Made by a program: the position numbers and the translations under genes
Source of the DNA: an uncultured Eubacteriales bacterium
GTDB lineage: Bacteria > Bacillota > Clostridia > Oscillospirales > Acutalibacteraceae
Assembly: GCA_900315875.1 (NCBI GenBank)
Contig: ONAX01000009.1
Coordinates: 4,009-68,008 of the forward strand
Direction of reading: 5' to 3'
Length of the DNA stretch: 64,000 bases
Shown here: one piece after another, positions 29,316 through 36,738 of the stretch
Layout: each line of letters starts with the position of its first letter
Position numbering within the stretch: the stretch's first letter is position 1
The notes under the pieces: generated by a model
Told to the model about the DNA's origin: nothing
Database searches by the model: none
The model's input: the letters and a program-made list of their open reading frames with translations, nothing else

Positions 29316-30077
29316 TCAGAAATCGAAAATTATCAAAGTACCGTACTGTTCGCTGTGGAGAACAGCTCTCCATAATATTGAAAATGCAAGCTTTGCAAGC
29401 GACACCGTGTCATATTCCTCATGCTCCCGGATCGGTGACAATCCATTCTCTCCGAAATATACATCATCGGGATAGCCTTCGGTATTCGTCCAGTCGAGGA
29501 TGGTCTGTTCGTCCGCCTGCCATTCAAATGAATTTATCTCTTCAAGCTCCTGACGCAGTAATCCGACCGTTGCAAATATCATTTCATCACCCGTCGGAAG
29601 ATATCCTTGGAACATGAACGCTTCTTTTATAGGAAGCCACCAGTTATCGGTATCGAAAAGGGAAACCGGTTCCTCCTTGGTTTCCATATACTGCTTATAA
29701 ACATCCTCATCGCTGACGGTGAAGCCTTTTTTCACTGTCTTCGGCACGGGAGTTCCGGTTTTCAGGCAGGCAACATACAGCTGCAGCGCCTCAATCGCCG
29801 CCCAGTCGGGCTTATCGGTATAATATGGTGTTGTATCATAATCTTCAGCCCAATTTGCAGGCTCCGTTATCACCTCTGAAAGTGCATCCAGAATATGGTC
29901 GCGCCAACCGCTTACGCCCTGCTCTATTTCCTCAGGAGGAGCAATTTCGACATTCTGGCTTTCCGGCCGGACAATATGAACCTTCATTCCGTTAGCCTCG
30001 CCCCACTGCTGAACAATATTTTTCCAGTTGCGGCCGTAGTATCGTGTAAGAGTCCCTGCATAAACATCCAGTCCCAT
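29316..30077 (-). CDS. Hypothetical soluble acidic protein (253 aa), no family recognised
   Basis: ATG at 30077 (MGLDVYAG) lies 7 nt after AAAGGA. The track start at 30113 lies upstream of the predicted transcription start. Confidence 0.6.
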   Translation of the reverse strand: MGLDVYAGTLTRYYGRNWKNIVQQWGEANGMKVHIVRPESQNVEIAPPEEIEQGVSGWRDHILDALSEVITEPANWAEDYDTTPYYTDKPDWAAIEALQLYVACLKTGTPVPKTVKKGFTVSDEDVYKQYMETKEEPVSLFDTDNWWLPIKEAFMFQGYLPTGDEMIFATVGLLRQELEEINSFEWQADEQTILDWTNTEGYPDDVYFGENGLSPIREHEEYDTVSLAKLAFSILWRAVLHSEQYGTLIIFDF

Positions 30078-30114
30078 AGTACCATCCTTTCCGTAACATA
30101 TCAGTATTATCATA

Positions 30115-30143
30115 ATTATACTTTATAAAACAATCCCTGTCAA
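30115..30143 (-). promoter_or_regulatory. Perfect consensus sigma-70 promoter
   Basis: Minus strand: TTGACA (30143-30138), 17 nt, TATAAT (30120-30115). Confidence 0.65.
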
Positions 30144-30277
30144 TTCACATACACCGGCGAGCCATTTCACTTATCGCTTTTTATTTTGTAAACATTCCGT
30201 AAACAATCCACCATTTGTTGACCTTTTGAGGTCAACTCAATACCCTTTTCGGGGGTATAAGTGAAGGGATGTTTTCT

Positions 30278-30493
30278 CCTCAACGAGTTTATGATAAATA
30301 TAATGGATACAAACGTTCCTGACGATATACTTTGCGGACAATAGAAAATCAATTTGTTGTCCGCACGGAAAGCCGCATAATCACTGACATTTTCGTCTTT
30401 TGCGGACATCAGACAACAAAATACATATGCTGCATTCAAGTTTTATGATCGTTTGTATCCATTATAATCATATTTGTCATAAATTCGTTGAGG
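30278..30493. repeat. 216-bp element with 38/44-nt terminal inverted repeats
   Basis: Left arm CCTCAACGAGTTTATGATAAATATAATGGATACAAACG. The right-arm reverse complement is CCTCAACGAATTTATGACAAATATGATTATAATGGATACAAACG. That is 36/38 identity plus a 6-nt indel. Confidence 0.6.
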
Positions 30494-30524
30494 TAAATAC
30501 CTTATCCTTTTTGCTCTGCTGTTA

Positions 30525-30553
30525 TTGACAAAACCGCAAGATAATGTTACAAT
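30525..30553 (+). promoter_or_regulatory. Sigma-70 promoter of tRNA-Pro
   Basis: TTGACA, 17 nt, TACAAT. Confidence 0.6.
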
Positions 30554-30584
30554 ATAGACTGTCGGAAAAAATCCGCACATACTG

Positions 30585-30658
30585 CGAGGTGTAACTCAGT
30601 TTGGTAGAGTGCTTGGTTTGGGACCAAGATGCCGCAGGTTCGAGTCCTGTCACCTCGA
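30585..30658 (+). tRNA. tRNA-Pro (anticodon UGG)
   Basis: Cloverleaf by hand: acceptor CGAGGTG/CACCTCG, D stem ACTC/GAGT, anticodon stem CTTGG/CCAAG with loop TTTGGGA, T loop TTCGAGT. CCA is not encoded. Confidence 0.9.
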
Positions 30659-30687
30659 TTGCGATTTTTCAATAATCGCACTCTCTT

Positions 30688-30714
30688 AAGCCCGATTCGT
30701 TCGGGCTTTTTTTT
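30688..30714 (+). terminator. Intrinsic terminator after tRNA-Pro
   Basis: AAGCCCGA-TTCGT-TCGGGCTT followed by T8. Confidence 0.75.
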
Positions 30715-30744
30715 CGCAATAACGCAGTTTACAAAAAATAAAAC

Positions 30745-30795
30745 TCCCCATATCCCGCACTGGTTTATAACCCGGGATATGGGGAATCTTTTTTC
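30745..30795. terminator. Bidirectional intrinsic terminator
   Basis: TCCCCATATCCCG-N15-CGGGATATGGGGA with A and T runs on both sides. Confidence 0.65.
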
Positions 30796-30802
30796 GGTTT
30801 GA

Positions 30803-31615
30803 TTACTTAGGTCCGAAGAAGCTTGCTAAATTGAAGCCAGTTGGCAGCGGTATTGTGCACATGAAAGCAGTTGCTGATACCAGTACTACAGCAGCTATTA
30901 TCAGCAACGCAAATCTGTTTGGCAGCTTCTTGAATATTCCGACAATACCAAGCATGAAAAGTACAACGGAGTAAATAACGTTTACAAGGTTGTATGTATC
31001 GCCTCTTGCATTATCACGCTTACCTTCTTCCAGAAGCTGGCGCGATTCGTCGAGAAGCTTATTTGCATCCTCGAGGTATTTATCCATAATTCCGGGCATG
31101 TCAAACGGTGTTTTCGCATCGTTTTCGTTCATCCATTCGATACCCTCTACAAGAATCGTACTGCCGTTTTCCTCAGCGAATTTATCAATCTTCTCATCAA
31201 TCAGTTTTGCTTTAACATCATCACCCTCGGATTCAGCAATAACACCCTCGAAGCTATAATCCGTAATGGTATTCCATGCCATCAGATCGGAAAGATAAAG
31301 CTGAATTCCGGCATTGTATTCGGAATTGCCCTCCGAAGCAAGGTTATTACTCCTGGTGTAGTTCGTAGCCTGATTTCCGCCGTGCAGTGAGCCTATCCAT
31401 GTTGCCCATGCAGTAAGCAGTGCGGTAATACCGAGCAGAACAGCAACCATTATTTCAATTGAATTCTCATTTAAAAATGGTTTCTTCTTCTTTGCAGCCG
31501 CTTTCTTCTCGGGCTCTTCTGTTACGGTTTCAGAAGATTCTGCAGCTTCTGTTGTTTCAGCAGCTTTAACTTCTTCTTCCTTGGCAGCTTCAGTCTCTTT
31601 GATTTCTTCTGACAT
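30803..31615 (-). CDS. Hypothetical membrane protein with E/K-rich N-terminus
   Basis: Acidic/lysine low-complexity head, one TM helix, a helical domain, and two C-terminal TM helices. No family recognised. Confidence 0.6.
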   Translation of the reverse strand: MSEEIKETEAAKEEEVKAAETTEAAESSETVTEEPEKKAAAKKKKPFLNENSIEIMVAVLLGITALLTAWATWIGSLHGGNQATNYTRSNNLASEGNSEYNAGIQLYLSDLMAWNTITDYSFEGVIAESEGDDVKAKLIDEKIDKFAEENGSTILVEGIEWMNENDAKTPFDMPGIMDKYLEDANKLLDESRQLLEEGKRDNARGDTYNLVNVIYSVVLFMLGIVGIFKKLPNRFALLIIAAVVLVSATAFMCTIPLPTGFNLASFFGPK

Positions 31616-31729
31616 TGTTATTCCTCCAGTTTCTGTTTTTTCGATATTTTGTGTGTTTGCGTGTCATACATTATCCTGACAATGCTTATTTTATCATGTT
31701 TTAATTGAATTTACAATAGCAAATTTACA

Positions 31730-31829
31730 CCGGGCACGCCGCCGCACTTTGTCGCTCGTTACACTTGCTCTGAACTCGCACTCAAAGTTTTTTCGCCGCG
31801 TTTCGCATTTATCCCAGAATTTTTTTACA
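31730..31829. repeat. Intergenic modular repeat, copy A (longest)
   Basis: Contains GTCGCTCGTTACACT (shared with copy C) and CGCGTTTCGCATTTATCCCAGAATTTTTTTACA (shared, inverted, with copy B). Confidence 0.6.
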
Positions 31830-31941
31830 CTAACTTTACAGCGTAATACTGCACATCATCATATACATTTTTAGTGTTCATCATCTTTTACATTTTTAGT
31901 GTTATCTATTGTATATGGAAGAAAAATGTCGTAAAATAGTT

Positions 31942-31970
31942 TTGTAACCTTTTTCTTTCCCGACTATTAT
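31942..31970 (+). promoter_or_regulatory. Candidate sigma-70 promoter of the ECF sigma operon
   Basis: TTGTAA, 17 nt, TATTAT. Confidence 0.45.
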
Positions 31971-31986
31971 AATAGAGGATGGTGAA

Positions 31987-32541
31987 ATGATGTTCTGTAT
32001 TTCTCTTGCAGCCCTTGTCAGCGAAAACGACGTCCGGAGCTTTGAAACTATTTACGAGGAAAACAAGGATATGCTGTACCGATATGCATACAGTATTCTT
32101 AAGGACAATGCCGGAGCAGAGGATGCTGTGCAGGACGCTTTTGTCGCACTGGCTGATAATTTTGAAAAGACCTACAGCATGGAGCGCAGCCGTATACGGT
32201 CATATCTTGTGGTCATCGTAAGAAATGCCGCTTTCAAGATCTACAACCGCAGAAAACGCGAAACTCCGGCGGAGGAATTCTATTCAGCAGACGAACCGTC
32301 CGGCGAAGAGATACATCTCGGGGTGGAAGACGGCGAGCTCAGACGCACGCTTTTTGAAATGATACGAAAGCTCGAACCGAAATACGGAGATCTTATTATG
32401 CTGCGTTATTTTAACAAAATGCCGGAAAAGGACATAGCGGAATCGCTCGGCATCAGCATACAGAATGTCAAGGTGCGCCTTTTCAGAGCAAGAAACATGC
32501 TCAAGGATATGCTAAGGGAGGGTGGTTACAGTGAAAGATAA
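31987..32541 (+). CDS. ECF-type RNA polymerase sigma-70 family factor
   Basis: Region 2 (EDAVQDAFV) and region 4 HTH (EKDIAESLGISIQNVKVRLFRARNML). Confidence 0.85.
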   Translation: MMFCISLAALVSENDVRSFETIYEENKDMLYRYAYSILKDNAGAEDAVQDAFVALADNFEKTYSMERSRIRSYLVVIVRNAAFKIYNRRKRETPAEEFYSADEPSGEEIHLGVEDGELRRTLFEMIRKLEPKYGDLIMLRYFNKMPEKDIAESLGISIQNVKVRLFRARNMLKDMLREGGYSER

Positions 32542-33382
32542 CGATTTTGAAATACTGATAGAACATACTCTTAACGAATACGGCGACAAATACTTTGATG
32601 AACCCGAGGTCACCGGACATCGCTTTTCGCCTGAATTTGATAAAAAGGTAATGGCGGCAGTAAAACCGCAGAAGAAAAAAGGCGGCGCAAAAATCCTGCA
32701 TATTGTAACTGCAGCAGGCGCAGTTGCCGCTGCAGCCGTAATAGGCATTATCGGCTTCGGCGCAATGAATAATATGTGGTCGGATATGCGCAGCTCAACC
32801 TCTGTTCCGTACAGCACTGCGGCGCAAAATGAAGGAGCTGCAGCCGACAGCCCCAAGTCTGATATCAAGCCGGCAACACCTGGTTCAGATATTGCAAACG
32901 AAGCCACAAAAGAACCTGAAACCGACGCTGCATTAACACAGGACACGCCTGCAACCAATTCAGCAAAAAGCCTTAACGAAACAGCCGAAAACTCCTACGG
33001 ATCAGAAAAAACCGCATCGGGCAGCTCATGTACGGTAACTGCAAAAAGTCACGGACAGATTCTGACGCTTTCCCAGGAGAAAATCGATCAAATAACACGT
33101 CTGGTTCAGCAGCTGATTTCCGACGAAGAGCTTTCTGTTAATCAGACATTTTCAAGCGACGAAATAAGCCGGATTGAAAACGAGGGACAGTTTATTGTAA
33201 TTCGCAGCGAAAACAGGAAAATAATATTAAACGGCGAAACAACCCCGTACAGTGTAATCACTGTATTCACAGACGGTGAAAAGGGCTATGCTGTTGCAGA
33301 AGGCGACGGAAAATATATGTGCTTTGCAATATCGGCAAATGCTGAAGCATACAAGGCAATCACTTCACTGACGGAGGAATAA
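32531..33382 (+). CDS. Putative anti-sigma factor (single-pass membrane protein)
   Basis: Overlaps the sigma gene stop. GTG at 32531 lies 8 nt after AAGGGAGGG. One TM helix (AAGAVAAAAVIGIIGFGA) and an extracellular Ser/Thr/Ala-rich domain. Confidence 0.55.
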   Translation: MKDNDFEILIEHTLNEYGDKYFDEPEVTGHRFSPEFDKKVMAAVKPQKKKGGAKILHIVTAAGAVAAAAVIGIIGFGAMNNMWSDMRSSTSVPYSTAAQNEGAAADSPKSDIKPATPGSDIANEATKEPETDAALTQDTPATNSAKSLNETAENSYGSEKTASGSSCTVTAKSHGQILTLSQEKIDQITRLVQQLISDEELSVNQTFSSDEISRIENEGQFIVIRSENRKIILNGETTPYSVITVFTDGEKGYAVAEGDGKYMCFAISANAEAYKAITSLTEE

Positions 33383-33385
33383 GAA

Positions 33386-33961
33386 ATGGACGGCATTATT
33401 ACAATTGCAACTGCTAAGCACCGCCTGACCATGGACGACATGTATGAATGCTACAGTCTGCTGATAAACGACAATAACAAAAAAGCACTCCGCACAGGAA
33501 TTGACATAATGTTTGTTGTCCTCTGCGCATTTTACACTGCTTTGTCCGCGTTTTACCTGCTTGCATCCCCTCCCCACAAGCACACAATAGCAGACACAGC
33601 AATTATTCTTCTGATGATTTTCATTCTGGTTCTGACGATAATGCATTTTGTAAAAAAGCTTATCACGAAAAAGCGTTATGCTGCCATGCTTTTCAATCAG
33701 GTTAAACCGCGCAGAGAAAGCGACCACGCAGAATATTACTCTGACAGGGTGGTTATCTTCTTTTCAAACAGTCACATTGAGCTTTCTTTCAGCGACACAA
33801 AAAAACTGATCGAAGGAAAGAATGTATTTATCCTTGTGGCAGAAACGGGCGCTTCACACATAGGAAGAAAAGACTGCTTCACAAACGGCAGCTTTGATGA
33901 TTTCAGAAGGGCATACTTCGGATACAAGCCGCCAGCTGAACAGTCAACAATGAAACAGTAG
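33386..33961 (+). CDS. Hypothetical two-helix membrane protein (YcxB-like architecture)
   Basis: GGAGGA SD. Two central TM helices then a soluble C-terminal domain. The family assignment is tentative. Confidence 0.5.
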   Translation: MDGIITIATAKHRLTMDDMYECYSLLINDNNKKALRTGIDIMFVVLCAFYTALSAFYLLASPPHKHTIADTAIILLMIFILVLTIMHFVKKLITKKRYAAMLFNQVKPRRESDHAEYYSDRVVIFFSNSHIELSFSDTKKLIEGKNVFILVAETGASHIGRKDCFTNGSFDDFRRAYFGYKPPAEQSTMKQ

Positions 33962-33968
33962 CTGATAT

Positions 33969-34005
33969 AATTGTCAACCATATTTTCATTGTATGGTTGA
34001 CAATT
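33969..34005. promoter_or_regulatory. BirA-operator-like palindrome (also a terminator-like hairpin)
   Basis: AATTGTCAACCATA-N9-TATGGTTGACAATT followed by T7, 40 nt upstream of bioY. The half-site resembles the TGT(A/T)AAC...GTT(A/T)ACA bio operator. Confidence 0.5.
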
Positions 34006-34045
34006 GTTTTTTTCTGTGTTATACTTATGAGCGAAAAGGAAAGGA

Positions 34046-34612
34046 ATGATAATGATGAATAACACAGAAAGCTACAGTCAGGGTAAAGCCCGCAAGGTTG
34101 TACTCGACATGGTGTACACTGCAATGTTCACCGCAATTATTTGCGTCTGCTCGATTATTTCAATACCGATCGGAGAAGTTCCGATAACACTGCAGACACT
34201 TGCGATATGCGTTGCAGCTGCTATGCTCGGATTAAAAAGAGGCGTACTGAGCGTCGTGATATACGTACTGCTCGGAGCTGTCGGGATCCCTGTTTTTGCT
34301 GGCATGTCAGGCGGAATCGGAGTTATAATGGGACCCACCGGCGGCTATATTATAGGCTTCATCCTTACAGCAGCTGCTGTCGGCTTTGCTGCTGACAAAT
34401 TCGACCGCAAGCTTTTGCCGTTGATAATTTCAATGGTAGCAGGCGTGCTGCTTTGCTATGCTGTCGGTACACCATGGTTCATGTTCGTGACAAAAATGGA
34501 TCTTCTCACATCCCTCGGGTATTGTGTTTTCCCCTTCCTGCTTCCGGATGCTGTCAAGATCGCAATCGCCGCAGTAATTTCAAATCGCCTTAACAAGCTT
34601 ATACGGCTTTGA
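34046..34612 (+). CDS. bioY: Biotin transporter S-component BioY
   Basis: Typical BioY sequence ITLQTLAICVAAAMLGLKRG...GPTGGYIIGF. The true start may be one of the ATGs at 34052-34055. Confidence 0.85.
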   Translation: MIMMNNTESYSQGKARKVVLDMVYTAMFTAIICVCSIISIPIGEVPITLQTLAICVAAAMLGLKRGVLSVVIYVLLGAVGIPVFAGMSGGIGVIMGPTGGYIIGFILTAAAVGFAADKFDRKLLPLIISMVAGVLLCYAVGTPWFMFVTKMDLLTSLGYCVFPFLLPDAVKIAIAAVISNRLNKLIRL

Positions 34613-34663
34613 TACCGGTTTTTCCGGCCTTACCTCGTTCATTACCGTATTTGCTGTTATCCG

Positions 34664-34693
34664 CCTCCGGGTATTGAAACCCGGAGGTTTTTT
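34664..34693 (+). terminator. Intrinsic terminator after bioY
   Basis: CCTCCGGG-N8-CCCGGAGG followed by T6. Confidence 0.75.
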
Positions 34694-34758
34694 CTTACCA
34701 TCTCCGGCTCAGGCTGATTGCAGACGGTATCCGGTCAATACACGAATAGGTAAGTTAT

Positions 34759-34825
34759 TGTAAAAAATTCTGGGATAAATGCGAAACGCGGTGACAAAGC
34801 CGCCTATTGGCACCGGCGGCTCGCC
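34759..34825. repeat. Intergenic modular repeat, copy B (inverted relative to A)
   Basis: TGTAAAAAATTCTGGGATAAATGCGAAACGCG is the reverse complement of the copy A end. It is followed by GTGACAAAGCCGCCTATTGGCACCGGCGGCTCGCC. Confidence 0.6.
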
Positions 34826-34837
34826 GTTGAAACATTG

Positions 34838-34866
34838 TTGACAAGAAAGAGAAAAAGCGTTATACT
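34838..34866 (+). promoter_or_regulatory. Sigma-70 promoter of the CPBP gene
   Basis: TTGACA, 17 nt, TATACT. Confidence 0.65.
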
Positions 34867-34909
34867 CATATTAATATTACAATATTCACCTGCAGAAAGG
34901 ATGATAAAA

Positions 34910-35995
34910 ATGAACAGTCCCCAGTTTCCTTCAGAAAACACGGAAGCTTTCACAGAGAATACCGATGAGACAGTTCATCCCCCTGTGCCGATGCAGCCGG
35001 AAATGATACCGCCAAAGAAGGTATTCAGCAGATTCGCTCTTTCAATAGCGATTTGCTATATTGTATCAACTGTTTTATCGTCTATATGTATGATAATCAT
35101 GCAATCTGTCGGATTATCACAAAACAACTTTCTCGGCTCCACCTCTACTCTTTTTCTGGTTACAGATATCCCGCTGTACTGCATAGGTATTCCGTTAATA
35201 TGGCTGATGCTCAGAAAGATACCCGTCAGCACAGCAAAACCACAGAAGCTGCCTGCCCCGACGCTGATAAAATGCTTTCTGATTTCAATAAGCTCCGTCT
35301 TTGTCGGCAATATCCTGTCCGGAATATTATCATCGCTGCTTACCATGGGAAGAGCACAGAATGCAGTTTCCAATGCGCTTTCAAGCGTCGAAATAATTTC
35401 CAGCATTCTGCTTGTAATTTGTGCGCCGATCATGGAAGAACTGGTCTTCCGTAAATGGTGTATTGACAGGCTTTCACCTTACGGCGAAGTTTGGGCGGTT
35501 CTTTTCTCTGCAATATGTTTTTCGCTTTTCCACATGAACTTATATCAGTTTTTTTACACATTTGCTCTCGGTCTTGTCTCCGGTTATATATATGTGCGCT
35601 CACGCAAGATCATATATTCCATCCTTCTCCATGCGTTATTAAACCTTACGACAGGCGTTATCGCACCACTTGCCACTTCAGGTATTAATTATGATACCCT
35701 TGAAGAAATCCAGAAAGCTACAGAAAACGGTCAGACAATCTCTCCGGAACTGATAAGCAGCTTCCTTCCCGGCTTCCTGACAGCGTTTGCATATCTTTCG
35801 ATTTTCTTTATTATGGTTCTCGTCGGTTTCATATTATTTATCATCAGCATAAAGAAAATACACTTCGAGCCGTCAACCGTTCTTACAACAAAAAGCGAAG
35901 GCTTACGTGCAATGCTGCTGAATGTCGGAGCAATAATATTTATTATTCTGAGTGTCATTTCATCAATTGCAAATCTGGTATTAAGCTTCCAGTAA
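34910..35995 (+). CDS. CPBP (CAAX) family intramembrane glutamic endopeptidase
   Basis: EELVFRKW, FSLFH and HALLN motifs. ATG at 34910 lies 8 nt after AAAGGA and downstream of the promoter. Confidence 0.8.
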   Translation: MNSPQFPSENTEAFTENTDETVHPPVPMQPEMIPPKKVFSRFALSIAICYIVSTVLSSICMIIMQSVGLSQNNFLGSTSTLFLVTDIPLYCIGIPLIWLMLRKIPVSTAKPQKLPAPTLIKCFLISISSVFVGNILSGILSSLLTMGRAQNAVSNALSSVEIISSILLVICAPIMEELVFRKWCIDRLSPYGEVWAVLFSAICFSLFHMNLYQFFYTFALGLVSGYIYVRSRKIIYSILLHALLNLTTGVIAPLATSGINYDTLEEIQKATENGQTISPELISSFLPGFLTAFAYLSIFFIMVLVGFILFIISIKKIHFEPSTVLTTKSEGLRAMLLNVGAIIFIILSVISSIANLVLSFQ

Positions 35996-36002
35996 GCCAA
36001 AA

Positions 36003-36039
36003 ACCGCTCCGGGCGCCAAACCCGAAGCGGTAATTTTTT
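36003..36039. terminator. Bidirectional terminator between convergent genes
   Basis: ACCGCTCCGGG-N7-CCCGAAGCGGT followed by AATTTTTT. Confidence 0.65.
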
Positions 36040-36051
36040 ACATGGTTGCGG

Positions 36052-36600
36052 TTACATTTCGACCTTGCCGCTGTCTCCTTCAAAAAGTCTGGTAATACGC
36101 TCAACAGAGCCGTATACCTCGTCAAAGCCGAATTCGTTTTCGTATTTGTAGAATGCATAAAACGCGCCCATCAGCTGATAAGTGATTCTTATGTTGGCAT
36201 ATGCATTGTTCTTAAGCTCAGGAAAGCTTGCAAAGAGCACTTCCTTTATCTGCTTTTCAATCTCCTCCGGCAGACGTGAAAACTGTGAACCGGAAAACAG
36301 GATGTTAATAATGGCGCGGTTTGAATAAAAACCGTCGATCATCTCCTTGCTCGATTTGCAGGGATCGAAAATCATATCCGCAGGATTTGTCACATGATCC
36401 ATAATATCGCGGATAGTGTTCTGCTGCAGGGTATCGCTCAGCTCAAAAACATCGTGATAGTGCAGGTAAAAGGTTGCTTTACTGATTTCAGCTGCTTCGC
36501 ACAGCTCCTTGACGGTTATTCTTTCAAGGGGCTTCTGGGAGCGTATCTCCAGAAATGCATTACTAATGCTGCGCTTGGTCTTTTTTTCTCTGATATCCAT
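36052..36600 (-). CDS. TetR/AcrR-family transcriptional regulator
   Basis: N-terminal HTH ITVKELCEAAEISKATFYLHY. Confidence 0.85.
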   Translation of the reverse strand: MDIREKKTKRSISNAFLEIRSQKPLERITVKELCEAAEISKATFYLHYHDVFELSDTLQQNTIRDIMDHVTNPADMIFDPCKSSKEMIDGFYSNRAIINILFSGSQFSRLPEEIEKQIKEVLFASFPELKNNAYANIRITYQLMGAFYAFYKYENEFGFDEVYGSVERITRLFEGDSGKVEM

Positions 36601-36738
36601 GTTTCCTCCTTGTCTGTTTCAGATAACAGTACGTTATTAGACTATAATCTAAAACTGTAAATTGAAAAATCTCCAAAATATGCTATATTTATTATAGTAA
36701 GTAAATAGACACTTGTCAATAACGAAGGAGGAGCATTT

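Noticed and set aside
30167-30439. 90-aa ORF spanning the inverted-repeat element
   Set aside because: It has a TTG start and no SD, and it runs through the left inverted-repeat arm and most of the internal region. The weak resemblance of its tail to a DtxR-like helix is not enough to call a gene.
31943-31964. ECF-type promoter TGTAAC...CGAC upstream of the sigma gene
   Set aside because: The spacing is only 12 nt, whereas ECF promoters need about 16-17. The same bases fit a sigma-70 TTGTAA-17-TATTAT arrangement better.
30585-36050. Integrated element at tRNA-Pro
   Set aside because: I noticed no integrase or recombinase gene and no downstream direct repeat of the tRNA 3' end. The neighbouring genes look like ordinary chromosomal functions.
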